DNA of 64,000 bases from an uncultured Victivallales bacterium (GCA_944390735.1 CALXRL010000031.1:8955-72954); one strand, 5' to 3'. Counted from the stretch's first letter, positions 1 to 9,609 are shown. A program made the numbers and translations. The notes: generated from the sequence alone by a model not told the origin.

Positions 1-419
1 TTGCCGCCGCGTTCGGACTCTCCGCCGCGGAAGCCAACCTCGCACTGAACAAGACGGTCTCCGCCAGCTCCAGTCAGGACAACAAGATGGTCGCGAAAAA
101 CGCCGTCGACGGCAAGAGCGGCACCCGCTGGTCCTCCCAGTTCAAGGATCCCCAGTGGATCATGGTGGATCTCGGTTCGAATCAGAAGGTCGGCAAAGTG
201 GTTCTCAGCTGGGAAGCCGCTGCCGGAAAGAACTTCAAAATTCAGGTCTCCAAAGATGGAAAAACCTGGAAGGATGTCGCTGTGAAGAAAGACGGCAAGG
301 GCGGAAAGGAAACGTTCTCGTTCAAGCAGGAAGAGGCCAGATATGTCCGCATGTTCGGCGAACAGCGGAAAACCAAGTTCGGCTACTCCCTCTGGGAATT
401 TGAAGTCTACGCGAAATAA
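1..419 (+). CDS. F5/8 type C (discoidin / CBM32-like) carbohydrate-binding domain protein, 5' end outside window
   Basis: The frame is open from nt 3 to TAA at 417-419. The translation AAAFGLSAAEANLALNKTVSASSSQ..AVDGKSGTRWSS..WIMVDLG..YVRMFG..SLWEFEVY has discoidin-domain hallmarks. The M at 87 in the ORF track is internal. Confidence 0.8.
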   Translation, partial: AAAFGLSAAEANLALNKTVSASSSQDNKMVAKNAVDGKSGTRWSSQFKDPQWIMVDLGSNQKVGKVVLSWEAAAGKNFKIQVSKDGKTWKDVAVKKDGKGGKETFSFKQEEARYVRMFGEQRKTKFGYSLWEFEVYAK

Positions 420-433
420 CAGCGCGCGGAACC

Positions 434-461
434 GGGGCGGAATTCTCCGCCCCCTTTTTTT
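434..461 (+). terminator. Rho-independent terminator after the discoidin-domain gene
   Basis: 8-bp GC stem ggggcgga/tccgcccc, loop attc, followed by a T7 run. Confidence 0.7.
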
Positions 462-594
462 GTGTGTGCGGAAATCGGACTCTGCGGGATCGCAAAATCC
501 ACATTTCCGGAAAAACGGAAGCGGATGGGCGCCCGCTGCATTTACCGCAGTGTGGATCGGGAGTGATTTCTTTTCATTACTTTCCATAAAAAAT

Positions 595-623
595 TTGAAT
601 GTTTGCTTTTCCGATAGTAAATT
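595..623 (+). promoter_or_regulatory. Putative sigma70-type promoter of metK
   Basis: TTGAAT, 17-nt spacer, TAAATT, about 50 nt upstream of the metK ATG. SD ggaagga lies before the start. Confidence 0.35.
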
Positions 624-675
624 ATAAGGATGGTGAAACATACAAACCTCTAATACGGAAGGAGTCTTTCCTAGA

Positions 676-1878
676 ATGAGCAAGATTCGCGCAGAACATA
701 TTTTTACTTCGGAGTCCGTTTCCGAAGGTCATCCCGACAAGGTGTCGGATCAGATTTCCGACGCCATTCTCGACGCCTGCCTGGCTCAGGATCCCGAGAG
801 CCGCGTCGCCTGCGAGACTCTCTGCACGACGGATCTGGTTGTCGTTTCCGGAGAAATCACGACGAAAGCTCAGGTGCATTGGGAAAAGATCGTGCGTGAT
901 GTGATTGCCGACATCGGCTATACCTCGCCGGATGTCGGATTTTCGGCTTCGGCCTGCAAAGTGTTTCTCTGCATTCACTCCCAGTCGCCGGACATCTCCC
1001 AGGGAGTCACGGAGGGGCAGGGGCTCTTCAAGGAGCAAGGCGCGGGCGATCAGGGCATGATGTTCGGATACGCCAGCAACGAGACCAGGGAACTGATGCC
1101 GGCCACCATTCTTTACGCGCACAAAATCGTGGAGGAGCTTGCGCGTCTCCGCAAGCAGGAGCCGGAAAAGTACAGCTATCTGCGGCCCGACTCCAAAAGC
1201 CAGGTTTCCATGAAGTACAAGGATGGCAAGCCGGTGGCGGTGACGACCATTGTCGTCTCCCATCAGCATGCGCCTGAAATGGATATCAAGGTCTTTGAAC
1301 AGGTCGTGAAGGATGTGGTGAAGAAGGTCATTCCCGCGGAGTTCCTGAATGACGACATCGAATATTTTGTCAATCCGACCGGACGCTTTGTCGTGGGCGG
1401 ACCGAACGGGGATACCGGACTGACCGGACGCAAAATCATCGTGGACACCTACGGCGGAGTCGGGTCTCACGGCGGCGGCGCGTTCTCCGGCAAGGATCCT
1501 TCGAAAGTGGACCGTTCCGCGGCTTACATGTGTCGTTACATCGCCAAGAACATCGTGGCTGCCGGACTTGCCGACAAGTGTGAAATCCAGGTCGCCTATG
1601 CCATCGGAGTGGCAAAACCGCTCTCCATCAATGTGGATACCTACGGAACCGGCCGAATCGCCAATGACGCCGATCTGGAGAAGGTGGTGGAAAAGGTTTT
1701 TGATCTGCGGCCGGCCGCGATTCTGGAAAAGCTGCAGCTGAAGCATCCGGCGGAAAACGGCTGGGCATACCGTCAGACCGCCTCGTACGGACACTTCGGC
1801 CGTTCCATCTTCCCGTGGGAAAAGACGGATATGACCGAAGCGCTGAAGGCGGCGGCAGCGGAATATCTTGCCCGATAA
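676..1878 (+). CDS. metK: S-adenosylmethionine synthetase
   Basis: 400 aa. N-terminus [37 protein letters not shown], and [25 protein letters not shown] are canonical MetK motifs. Confidence 0.98.
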   Translation: MSKIRAEHIFTSESVSEGHPDKVSDQISDAILDACLAQDPESRVACETLCTTDLVVVSGEITTKAQVHWEKIVRDVIADIGYTSPDVGFSASACKVFLCIHSQSPDISQGVTEGQGLFKEQGAGDQGMMFGYASNETRELMPATILYAHKIVEELARLRKQEPEKYSYLRPDSKSQVSMKYKDGKPVAVTTIVVSHQHAPEMDIKVFEQVVKDVVKKVIPAEFLNDDIEYFVNPTGRFVVGGPNGDTGLTGRKIIVDTYGGVGSHGGGAFSGKDPSKVDRSAAYMCRYIAKNIVAAGLADKCEIQVAYAIGVAKPLSINVDTYGTGRIANDADLEKVVEKVFDLRPAAILEKLQLKHPAENGWAYRQTASYGHFGRSIFPWEKTDMTEALKAAAAEYLAR

Positions 1879-1892
1879 CAGATTCTGCTTTT

Positions 1893-1925
1893 GCGGATGC
1901 CGCGGAACGGCATCCGCGTTTTTTT
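1893..1925 (+). terminator. Rho-independent terminator after metK
   Basis: 10-bp stem gcggatgccg/cggcatccgc, 5-nt loop, then a T-run. Confidence 0.7.
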
Positions 1926-1984
1926 CCGACGCCGCGGCTGCGGCGTCTCCCTCTCCAACCACGCAATAAGGAGACGATACCATA

Positions 1985-2989
1985 ATGGCATCCGGCAAAC
2001 TAAAAGTTCTGGCTCTCGGTTCCACGATTCTTGATATTCTGGCGAATGTGGAGGAGGAGTTTCTTTCGACCATCGACGGGGAAAAGGGCGGAATGGTGAT
2101 GATCGACGCGGAAACGTCCGACCGGCTTGTTGCGCGTCTGCTCTCCTGTCAGAAAATGCTTGGCGGTTCGGCGGCGAACACGCTGTTCGGACTTCAGAGA
2201 CTCGGCGTGCCGACCACCATGCTCGGCAAGGTCGGCACCGATGCCGAGGGGGATTTCTACCGGAGCGAATATGCGAGAATCGGAGGGGATGTCTCCCGGT
2301 TCAAAACGACCTCCGCATGCCGGACCGGTCGCTGCGTCAGCCTGATTACTCCGGATTCCGAGCGCACCATGCGGACCGATCTGGGGGCCGCCTCCACGTT
2401 CAAGGTCACGGAGATCACGGCGGCGGATTTCGAGGGCGTGACGCATGTTCATGTCGAAGGCTACATGATGTTCAATTTCGACGTGTTCCTGCATGTGCTG
2501 AAACTGGCGAAGGATGCCGGAGCGACCATCAGTCTTGATCTCGCCTCCTTTGAGGTAGTGAATCTTTTCCGCGACCGCCTGGACGACATTCTGAAACGCT
2601 ATGTGGACATCGTTTTCGCCAATGAGGACGAGGCCCGTGCCTTCCTCGGGGAGACCGGGGAGCTTTCCGCGAGTGCCGCAACCGCGAAACTCTGTGAATT
2701 CTGCCGGATCTCCGCCGTCAAACTCGGCCGAAAGGGCGCGTGCATCCGTTCCGGCGGCGAGGTGGTTTATCCGGGGGCGGAGCTGGTCACCGCGGTGGAT
2801 ACGACCGGGGCGGGGGATCTCTGGCAGGCGGGTTTCCTCTATGGATGGCTCAATGGATACTCGCTTGAAATCGCCGGAAAAATGGCGGCGATTCTGGGTG
2901 CGGAGGTTGTGCAGGTCATTGGGGCGACCATTCCGCCCTATCGCTGGGAGCCGATTAAAACACGATTTAAAAATCTGATCTTGAAATAA
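1985..2989 (+). CDS. PfkB-family carbohydrate/nucleoside kinase, probably adenosine kinase
   Basis: 334 aa. GGSAANT near the N-terminus and DTTGAGD near the C-terminus are PfkB signatures. The adenosine kinase call is inferred from its position between metK and ahcY. Confidence 0.8.
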   Translation: MASGKLKVLALGSTILDILANVEEEFLSTIDGEKGGMVMIDAETSDRLVARLLSCQKMLGGSAANTLFGLQRLGVPTTMLGKVGTDAEGDFYRSEYARIGGDVSRFKTTSACRTGRCVSLITPDSERTMRTDLGAASTFKVTEITAADFEGVTHVHVEGYMMFNFDVFLHVLKLAKDAGATISLDLASFEVVNLFRDRLDDILKRYVDIVFANEDEARAFLGETGELSASAATAKLCEFCRISAVKLGRKGACIRSGGEVVYPGAELVTAVDTTGAGDLWQAGFLYGWLNGYSLEIAGKMAAILGAEVVQVIGATIPPYRWEPIKTRFKNLILK

Positions 2990-3010
2990 CTTAACACAGG
3001 AAACGAAATC

Positions 3011-4495
3011 ATGCCAAGCAGAAAAACCGCGGCGAAAACCACCGCATCCGTGAAGAAAAAGGGAACCGCATCCAAAGCCGGAGCCGTATTCAGCGACTAC
3101 AAGATCCGCGACCTGGGCCTCGCAGAGGCCGGAAGAAAAGAACTCGACATCGCGGAAAAGGAGATGCCGGGGCTGATGGCCGTCCGGAAAAAATACGGGA
3201 AAAAGAAGCCGCTGAAGGGCGTCAAAATCATGGGAAGTCTCCACATGACCATTCAGACGGCGGTGCTGATCGAGACTCTGCGTGAACTCGGAGCGGACGT
3301 CCGCTGGTGTTCCTGCAACATCTTTTCGACGCAGGATCAGGCGGCCGCTGCCATTGTCAAAACCGGCGTTCCCGTGTTCGCATGGAAGGGCGAAACGCTG
3401 GAAGAGTACTGGGACTGCACCCTCAGGGCGATCACCTGGCCCGACGGATCCGGGCCCGATCAGATCGTCGATGACGGCGGAGACGCCACCCTTCTGATTC
3501 ACTGGGGCGTCAAGGCGGAAAAGGATCCCTCCTTCCTCAAACGCAAGCCCTCCAGCGAAGAGGAGCGCGTGATCCTGAATCTTCTGAAAAAGACGCTGAA
3601 AGAGGATCCGAAACGCTGGAGCAAAGTCGCGGCGCGCGTCAAAGGCGTTTCCGAGGAGACCACCACGGGGGTGCATCGTCTGATTCAGATGGCCGAGCGA
3701 GGCGAACTGCTCTTCCCTGCGATCAATGTCAACGATTCCGTCACCAAATCCAAATTCGACAACATCTACGGCTGCCGTCACTCCCTGACCGACGGAATCA
3801 AACGCGCTCTTGACGTGATGCTCTCCGGCAAGCAGGCGGTTGTCTGCGGCTACGGTGACGTCGGAAAAGGCTGTGCCGAGGCGCTCAAAAACGAGCGCGC
3901 CCGCGTGATCGTGACCGAAATCGACCCGATCTGCGCGCTTCAGGCGTGCATGGCCGGCTTTACCGTCGCCACGGTGGAAGACGCGCTTCCGACCGCCGAT
4001 CTCTATGTGACGACAACCGGCAACTGCCATATCATCACTGCGGAACACATGAAGAAGATGAAAGACCAGGCGATCGTCTGCAACATCGGTCATTTCGACA
4101 ATGAAATCGAGGTTGCCAGACTCAAGGCGATTCCCGGGATTCAGATTGTTGAAATCAAAGGGCACGAGTGTCCGGTGCACATGTACCGCTTCCCGGATGG
4201 TCACTGCATCTATCTTCTTGCGGAAGGCCGTCTTGTGAATCTCGGCTGTGCGACGGGCCATCCCAGCTTTGTCATGAGCTGTTCCTTTGCCAATCAGGTT
4301 CTTGCGCAGATTGCCATTGCGACCAGAAAGCACGAGGTCAAGGTCTATCGTCTTCCGAAGGAGCTCGACGAGGAAGTCGCCGCGCTGCATCTGGAAAAGC
4401 TCGGAGCCAAACTGACCCGTCTGACTCAGGAACAGGCCGATTACATCGGCGTCAAAATCGACGGGCCCTACAAGGCGGATTATTACAGATATTGA
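3011..4495 (+). CDS. ahcY: Adenosylhomocysteinase
   Basis: 494 aa. [54 protein letters not shown] (NAD site), and C-terminal YKADYYRY are typical AhcY motifs. Confidence 0.98.
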   Translation: MPSRKTAAKTTASVKKKGTASKAGAVFSDYKIRDLGLAEAGRKELDIAEKEMPGLMAVRKKYGKKKPLKGVKIMGSLHMTIQTAVLIETLRELGADVRWCSCNIFSTQDQAAAAIVKTGVPVFAWKGETLEEYWDCTLRAITWPDGSGPDQIVDDGGDATLLIHWGVKAEKDPSFLKRKPSSEEERVILNLLKKTLKEDPKRWSKVAARVKGVSEETTTGVHRLIQMAERGELLFPAINVNDSVTKSKFDNIYGCRHSLTDGIKRALDVMLSGKQAVVCGYGDVGKGCAEALKNERARVIVTEIDPICALQACMAGFTVATVEDALPTADLYVTTTGNCHIITAEHMKKMKDQAIVCNIGHFDNEIEVARLKAIPGIQIVEIKGHECPVHMYRFPDGHCIYLLAEGRLVNLGCATGHPSFVMSCSFANQVLAQIAIATRKHEVKVYRLPKELDEEVAALHLEKLGAKLTRLTQEQADYIGVKIDGPYKADYYRY

Positions 4496-4524
4496 TCCGC
4501 ATATCCCATCGGATTCCTGTACAG

Positions 4525-4560
4525 GACAGGCGGCGCATGACGGGCCGCCTGTCTGATTTT
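4525..4560 (+). terminator. Probable terminator/attenuator after ahcY
   Basis: 10-bp stem gacaggcggc/gccgcctgtc with a 9-nt loop, followed by tgatttt. It lies only 17 nt before the next start, so it may be leaky. Confidence 0.4.
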
Positions 4561-4576
4561 CGGAGATTATAAATTC

Positions 4577-5332
4577 ATGGATTCTTTTCTGGACGGATTC
4601 ACGATCTGGAACACGGGAGCTCTGATCGCCTCCGCGCTCCTGATCGGACTCAATAAAACGGGCATTCCCGGAATCGGACTGCTTCCGGTTCTGCTTCTGA
4701 CCATGACCTTTCCGACCCGCCTTTCCACGGGACTTCAGCTCGGGATGCTCTGCATGGCGGATGTGATTGCGGTCATCTGGTACCGCCGCAGCGCAAACTG
4801 GCGCCTGATTCTGCGGATGATTCCGGCGGCAGCGGCGGGCCTTTTCGCCGGGACCCTTCTGGTCAATCAGCTGAACGACCGGACAATGGCGGTGACCATC
4901 GGAATCATTGTCCTTTTCCTCTGCGGCATCAGCATTGTCAAGGACTATGTTCTGAAGGATGCCAAACGGATTCCGACGCACTGGGCCTTTGGATCGGCCG
5001 CCGGATTCCTGGCCGGATTTACTACGCTGATCGCGAATGCGGCGGGCCCGGTCATGGCGCTCTATTTCCTGGCGCTGAAACTGGAGAAGAAGGAGTATGT
5101 GGGAACCGGAGCATGGTTCTTTCTGCTGATGAACTGGACGAAACTGCCGATTTTTGTCTGGCAGGAGCGCATTACGATGCAGTCGGCCATCGCGGATCTG
5201 GTCATGCTGCCGTTTATCATTGTCGGCGCAGTCATCGGGATTGTCATGCTGAAACACATCTCGCAGGAGTGGTTCAACAAGATTGTGGTGATTTTCTCGA
5301 TCATAGCCGCGCTGAAGCTGATTTTCTTCTGA
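4577..5332 (+). CDS. TauE/SafE (DUF81) family anion-exporter-like membrane protein
   Basis: 251 aa and strongly hydrophobic with about 7-8 predicted helices. Size and repeat-like halves are typical of the family. Confidence 0.75.
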   Translation: MDSFLDGFTIWNTGALIASALLIGLNKTGIPGIGLLPVLLLTMTFPTRLSTGLQLGMLCMADVIAVIWYRRSANWRLILRMIPAAAAGLFAGTLLVNQLNDRTMAVTIGIIVLFLCGISIVKDYVLKDAKRIPTHWAFGSAAGFLAGFTTLIANAAGPVMALYFLALKLEKKEYVGTGAWFFLLMNWTKLPIFVWQERITMQSAIADLVMLPFIIVGAVIGIVMLKHISQEWFNKIVVIFSIIAALKLIFF

Positions 5333-5369
5333 GTGCGGCGGGAGGAGGGGGAAAAGGGGGAGGCCTGCG

Positions 5370-5780
5370 TCAGAATTCGGCCTTCCCCTGAATATCGAAC
5401 TTGTAGGAGACGGAGAGAATTTTGACGCCCATTCCCATAAACTCCTTGCTGAACTTCAGACCGTTCAGGGTGTTGTCCCCCTGCAGGTTCAGATTCAACG
5501 TGAAGTGATCGGGATTGTTCAGGACGCTCCGGTGATTGCCGTCCCCGGTGTTTTCCGTATAGGTATAGGTGTTGACATGCTCCGTGTTCACCTTCTCCTC
5601 CTTGTTTGCGAGAAGGCCGGTTCCGGAGAACTTCACTTCGATGTCGGAAAGTTTGACTTTCAGATCCAGTTTCAGATCCTTGTGGTCCAGCTCTCCGGAG
5701 AGAACGGAAATATATTTTCTGACATTGTTGTCGATTTCTGATTTCAGAAACGTTTTGATAATGGATCCCAGCATAGACAT
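5370..5780 (-). CDS. Hypothetical small protein (orphan, beta-rich, no signal peptide)
   Basis: Start moved to the internal ATG (MSMLGSIIKTFLK...). The upstream part of the 175-aa ORF is Arg/Ser junk. AT-richer codon usage than neighbours. No recognisable family. Confidence 0.5.
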   Translation of the reverse strand: MSMLGSIIKTFLKSEIDNNVRKYISVLSGELDHKDLKLDLKVKLSDIEVKFSGTGLLANKEEKVNTEHVNTYTYTENTGDGNHRSVLNNPDHFTLNLNLQGDNTLNGLKFSKEFMGMGVKILSVSYKFDIQGKAEF

Positions 5781-6074
5781 GGCAACAGCTCCCGGTTCCG
5801 GTCCAGACAAGTTCCGCGCCGTTCCGGACGTGGCGGACCGCGGATCCACTGTCCGATCGCATTCCCGCTCCGATTCCTTCCGGAACATGCGGCGCATTTA
5901 CGTTCCGTCAATGTAGCCTGCTTCCTCGAAAAATCAAATCTCTCCAAGCGGATTTTTTTCATGCGGGAGTTCTTTTTCTCCGGGAAGAGAGGTGTTCCCG
6001 GAAAATGTTTTTGCCGGATGGAACAATAAAATCCCTCTTTCCCGCGTTTTATGCGCAAAACGGGAGAGCAAAAG

Positions 6075-6683
6075 ATGAAATTTCTTCAGAAAAGACAAAA
6101 CTTTACATTGATGGAACTTCTTATCGTTGTTTCTGTCATTTCCATTCTGGCAGGACTTCTTCTTTCCGCGCTGAATTCGGCGCGGGCGAAGGCGCAGAGC
6201 GTCAGCTGCAGGAGCAATCTCCGGCAGCTGGGAATCGCCTTCAAGACATACAGCGGCGATTACAGGCGGATTCCGACGGTCTGTGTGATGCCCTCCAAAC
6301 GGAGCGAGGCGGAAAAAACCTTCGGGAATCCCTCTTATCTCCCGAGCATCCGGGAACTGCTGGAAAACGAGATTGCCGGCGGCGGGAATGTGTTCCGCTG
6401 CCCGTCCGACCGCGGCGCGGCGGAAGATCCGATCGGTCTCTACACCGATGAGGAGGATGACGACTCCGTGAAAAACACCGGAGCCGATTACTCCGTCAGC
6501 GATGGCGCCAGCGATTTCGAACGCGAGGGTTCCAGCTATGAATTCAACGGTTTTATGCTCCGGGTGAACGACCGGAGCCGCGCAATGCTGATGCACGATT
6601 ACCGTCCTTATCACGGAACGGCGGGAACGCCGGGGGCGGCAAACTATCTTTTCGCCGACGGTCATGTCGGGGATCTTCAATAA
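6075..6683 (+). CDS. Pseudopilin-like protein with prepilin-type N-terminal methylation domain (DUF1559 / H-X9-DG type)
   Basis: MKFLQKRQN|FTLMELLIVVSVISILAGLLLSALNSARAKAQ..C..NLRQLG, and a C-terminal YLFADGHV motif. SD gggagag lies 6 nt before ATG 6075. Confidence 0.85.
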   Translation: MKFLQKRQNFTLMELLIVVSVISILAGLLLSALNSARAKAQSVSCRSNLRQLGIAFKTYSGDYRRIPTVCVMPSKRSEAEKTFGNPSYLPSIRELLENEIAGGGNVFRCPSDRGAAEDPIGLYTDEEDDDSVKNTGADYSVSDGASDFEREGSSYEFNGFMLRVNDRSRAMLMHDYRPYHGTAGTPGAANYLFADGHVGDLQ

Positions 6684-6696
6684 GGATTGTAAAAAA

Positions 6697-7329
6697 ATGG
6701 TCAATTTTCCCGGGAATCATTTGAAATTTCCGCGAATTGCGGTTATTCTGTTGACAGTCATCGGAATGGCAGCCGTTTCCCTTGTGCTCCTTTCGACGCC
6801 TGAGCCGAAGTCGGACAAGCTGGAGGATCTGGCCGCGTTTCTCGCATCGCCGTCGTTCCGGAAACTGCCGGAGGCGAAACAGGAGGAGTATCTCAAGCGG
6901 ATGCGTCCGTCGCGGGAAAACCGCGGAGAGTTCCGCCGGGTCGCCGCGGCCATGACCGACGAACAGCGCAGGGCGATGTTTGAAAACATGCGTATTCTTC
7001 ACGAGAAGAGAAGAGTGGAGGAGCTCCGGGCATATTTCAAACTGTCGAAAGCGGAAAAACAGGAGTTTCTGGACCGGAAGATCGCCGAACAGGACCGCAG
7101 AATGGCCGAGTTCGCCAGACGGCGCGCGGAACGGGAAAACGATGGAAGCCGGGACGGGGCGGCGCGGGAACGCCGTCCCTCCGGAGAACAGAGAGCGGCG
7201 ATGCGGAAGACCCGGCTGGAAACGACTCCTCCGGAAGTCCGGGACGCCAGACAGAGGTTCTTTCAGGACATGTGGAAGCGCCGCGCGGAAACCGGCAGAA
7301 TGCCGGCTCGCGGAGGTCCGCCGCTCTGA
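6697..7329 (+). CDS. Hypothetical membrane-anchored protein with Arg/Glu-rich helical region
   Basis: MVNFPG..IAVILLTVIGMAAVSLVLL is a single TM segment, followed by charged helical repeats (EQRRAMFENMRILHEKRRVEELRAYF..). Follows the pseudopilin-like gene directly. Confidence 0.6.
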   Translation: MVNFPGNHLKFPRIAVILLTVIGMAAVSLVLLSTPEPKSDKLEDLAAFLASPSFRKLPEAKQEEYLKRMRPSRENRGEFRRVAAAMTDEQRRAMFENMRILHEKRRVEELRAYFKLSKAEKQEFLDRKIAEQDRRMAEFARRRAERENDGSRDGAARERRPSGEQRAAMRKTRLETTPPEVRDARQRFFQDMWKRRAETGRMPARGGPPL

Positions 7330-7412
7330 GGATGTTTGACAGGTGATGATCTTGCAGGATGCCCGGATCTTCCGGGCTTTCCGCATGGAGGGAATTCTGT
7401 TTTGTTGTGAAT

Positions 7413-7464
7413 TCAAAGGATGAAGTTTTTTTATGTAATCCACGATGTTATCTTCATCCTTTGA
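7413..7464. promoter_or_regulatory. 13-bp perfect inverted repeat (candidate operator or RNA hairpin)
   Basis: tcaaaggatgaag (7413-7425) and cttcatcctttga (7452-7464), separated by a 26-nt AT-rich stretch. Located in the intergenic region about 200 nt upstream of the regulator gene at 7665. Confidence 0.3.
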
Positions 7465-7664
7465 GTAATCAAGAAAACAGTTTTCTGTCTTTCGGGAAGC
7501 CTGGAAGATCCGGGCATTTTTCATGGGGGGATCCGCCGCTGTGAGGGGAGGAGGAATTTGAATGTCCGGTCGGATCAGAAGGGGCCGACGGGGATGGTGT
7601 CAGAAGAAAAGGTGGAGTTGTACGGATGGGGAAGGAGAAAAACGGTCCGCGGGGAGTAAAGTTC

Positions 7665-8717
7665 ATGACGGAGGATCTGGCCAGCCGGATTCTCTCGGGA
7701 GAACTTCCGGTTCGGAGGCAGCTGCCGACGACGCGGGCGCTTGCCAAACTCTATCAGGTTTCGACGGTGACTGCAAGCCGGAGCATCGGCGAACTCAAGC
7801 GACGGGGACTGGTTGAGGCATATCCCGGAATCGGACTCTTTGTTTCGTCTCCCGGGGAGGAGGAGAAACGGGCCTTCCGGAATGCTCACTGCAGCTTTCA
7901 TGTGGGGCTGATTCATCAGAACAAAGCCGGTTTTCATGTGACGGGGGACATTCATTCGGCCTGGTATATCGATCATCTGATGGATGAGTGGATTCAAGGA
8001 GCGGTGCAGCGCTGCGAGGAGTTCGGGTTCCGGTACACGCTGTTCGATCATTTTCCGGAGAGGGGGGATCCCTGTGACGCCTATCTCTGTTCGACCACGG
8101 TTGTGCGCTGGGAGCTTATTTCGGAAATGACCCGGAAACCGGTTCTGTTTCTGTCCTCTCGTCCGCCGGAGGATTTTTCCATTCGGGAGAGCTGGATCTC
8201 GGCGGATCTTTATGCGATGTCGCGGACCGTTGTCTCCCGGCTGATTGAGCGTGGTTACCGGCGGATCGCCTGCTTGTGCGGGATTGACCTCCCGGCGTAT
8301 CACTCCCGGGTGAAGGCGTACCGGGATGTGCTGGAGGCGGCCGGTCTTCCCTTCCATGAGGAACTGGTCTTCCGTTCGGACAGCAGTGAATGGGAGATCC
8401 GCAAGCAGATCGACAAACTGCTTGCGCTTCCGGAAGAGATCCGGCCCGATGCGGTCTACTGTATCAGCGACCGGCGCGCGATTCTTCTTCAGGAGCGTCT
8501 GAGGGAGTTGAAAATCCGAGTGCCGGAGGAGATGGCTATCATGGGGTTCGACGGCTGTGAAGAGGCGCGGCGACGGGGCATCAGCACCATTACCATTCCT
8601 GTCCGGGATATCGGATCCTGGGGTATTTATTTTCTGAACGGGTGGAAGACGGGAATTCTGCATCCTCCGTTTCACTTTCTGTTCTGTGGAGAGATGTATC
8701 CGGGTGAGACTTGTTAA
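7665..8717 (+). CDS. AraR-type chimeric regulator (GntR winged-HTH + LacI/PBP1-type sugar-binding domain)
   Basis: N-terminus [41 protein letters not shown] (GntR HTH). C-terminal pattern [50 protein letters not shown] (LacI-family effector domain). Confidence 0.8.
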   Translation: MTEDLASRILSGELPVRRQLPTTRALAKLYQVSTVTASRSIGELKRRGLVEAYPGIGLFVSSPGEEEKRAFRNAHCSFHVGLIHQNKAGFHVTGDIHSAWYIDHLMDEWIQGAVQRCEEFGFRYTLFDHFPERGDPCDAYLCSTTVVRWELISEMTRKPVLFLSSRPPEDFSIRESWISADLYAMSRTVVSRLIERGYRRIACLCGIDLPAYHSRVKAYRDVLEAAGLPFHEELVFRSDSSEWEIRKQIDKLLALPEEIRPDAVYCISDRRAILLQERLRELKIRVPEEMAIMGFDGCEEARRRGISTITIPVRDIGSWGIYFLNGWKTGILHPPFHFLFCGEMYPGETC

Positions 8718-8767
8718 AACTTGTTTCACTGATTTTTCTTTTTCCCGTTTTTTTCCCGCGATCCATA

Positions 8768-8796
8768 TTGAATTTTTTTTCGGGGTATCGTATAAT
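8768..8796 (+). promoter_or_regulatory. Near-consensus sigma70 promoter for the pseudopilin-like/CAZyme operon
   Basis: TTGAAT, exactly 17 nt, TATAAT. Located 67 nt upstream of ATG 8863. Confidence 0.55.
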
Positions 8797-8862
8797 GAAA
8801 GCATGGAAACGGAGAACCTCTCCGCTTTTTCCAGAGAGAACAACGAAAAAGGAAGATGTAAA

Positions 8863-9591
8863 ATGAAACGGTGCAGAAAAAAATTTACATTAATAGAACT
8901 TCTGGTTGTGATTGCTGTGATAGCGATTCTTGTTTCACTTCTGCTTCCCGCATTGAGCAAGGCGCGGGAATCCGGAAGAAACATCTCCTGTGTCAGCAAT
9001 CTGAAACAGATCGGAACGGGCCTTGCCATGTACGCAAACGACTACGACTTCTATCCGGCGGCATGTCCGGAAACCGGGGAAACGTATACGCAGAACTACT
9101 GGCATTTCAAGGTGAGGCCCTATCTGGGATATCAGCGGGTTCCGAAAAACTGGACAGAAGCGTCGTTGTTCCGGCGGGAAGGAGTTTTTTTCTGTCCGTC
9201 CACGGACATTCTGTACAATGACAGCGGGTTTTCAGACACGCTCTCCTACTCCATGAATTCCTTCGGTTATCTGGTTTCCTACAAAGCATTTACGCCTGCA
9301 AGTGCTCTGGACGCACCGGCCACTCTTTATACGCCGTATTATACAAAATCCTCCAGCAGAAGCAAGGAATATTCGCCGGGGAAAGTCATTTTTGTCAGTG
9401 AACTGGGACGGAACGTCAGCGACGAAAAGGGGTATACGCATCCGGCCATCCGGAATTATGATTTCTACATCGGAGGCGGCGAAAATTTACCCTCATTCCG
9501 GCATCTGGGGGCAAAAAATTCCCTTCAGTTCGATTTGCATGTGGAACGGGTGATTCTGCCGAGAATCGAATGGTATCTGACACTGAAATAA
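8863..9591 (+). CDS. Pseudopilin-like protein with prepilin-type N-terminal methylation domain (DUF1559 type)
   Basis: MKRCRKK|[44 protein letters not shown]. The C-terminal motif is degenerate (FDLHV). The 59-aa N-terminal extension in the ORF track is non-coding and contains the promoter. Confidence 0.85.
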   Translation: MKRCRKKFTLIELLVVIAVIAILVSLLLPALSKARESGRNISCVSNLKQIGTGLAMYANDYDFYPAACPETGETYTQNYWHFKVRPYLGYQRVPKNWTEASLFRREGVFFCPSTDILYNDSGFSDTLSYSMNSFGYLVSYKAFTPASALDAPATLYTPYYTKSSSRSKEYSPGKVIFVSELGRNVSDEKGYTHPAIRNYDFYIGGGENLPSFRHLGAKNSLQFDLHVERVILPRIEWYLTLK

Positions 9592-9609
9592 AAGCATTGG
9601 GAGCAAACA

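Noticed and set aside
420-675. Possible SAM riboswitch in the metK leader
   Set aside because: I could not find the conserved SAM-I/II/IV/SAM-SAH core sequences or a convincing multi-stem fold by eye. A covariance-model scan is needed, so no call was made.
2000-5257. 1085-aa minus-strand ORF, the longest in the track
   Set aside because: It lies antisense to three confidently identified plus-strand genes (PfkB kinase, ahcY, TauE-like). Its translation is low-complexity and Arg/Gly/Asp/His-rich with no motif. This is a typical shadow ORF of GC-rich DNA.
8686-8862. Upstream extensions of track ORFs. This one adds 59 aa; similar extensions occur at 37893-38075, 46758-47063, 47863-48126, 58790-59077, 61197-61265, 30114-30188 and 36809-36946.
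   Set aside because: The extensions cross promoter-like AT-rich DNA or give junk sequence. Internal ATGs with SD sites coincide with the start of family homology or of signal peptides.
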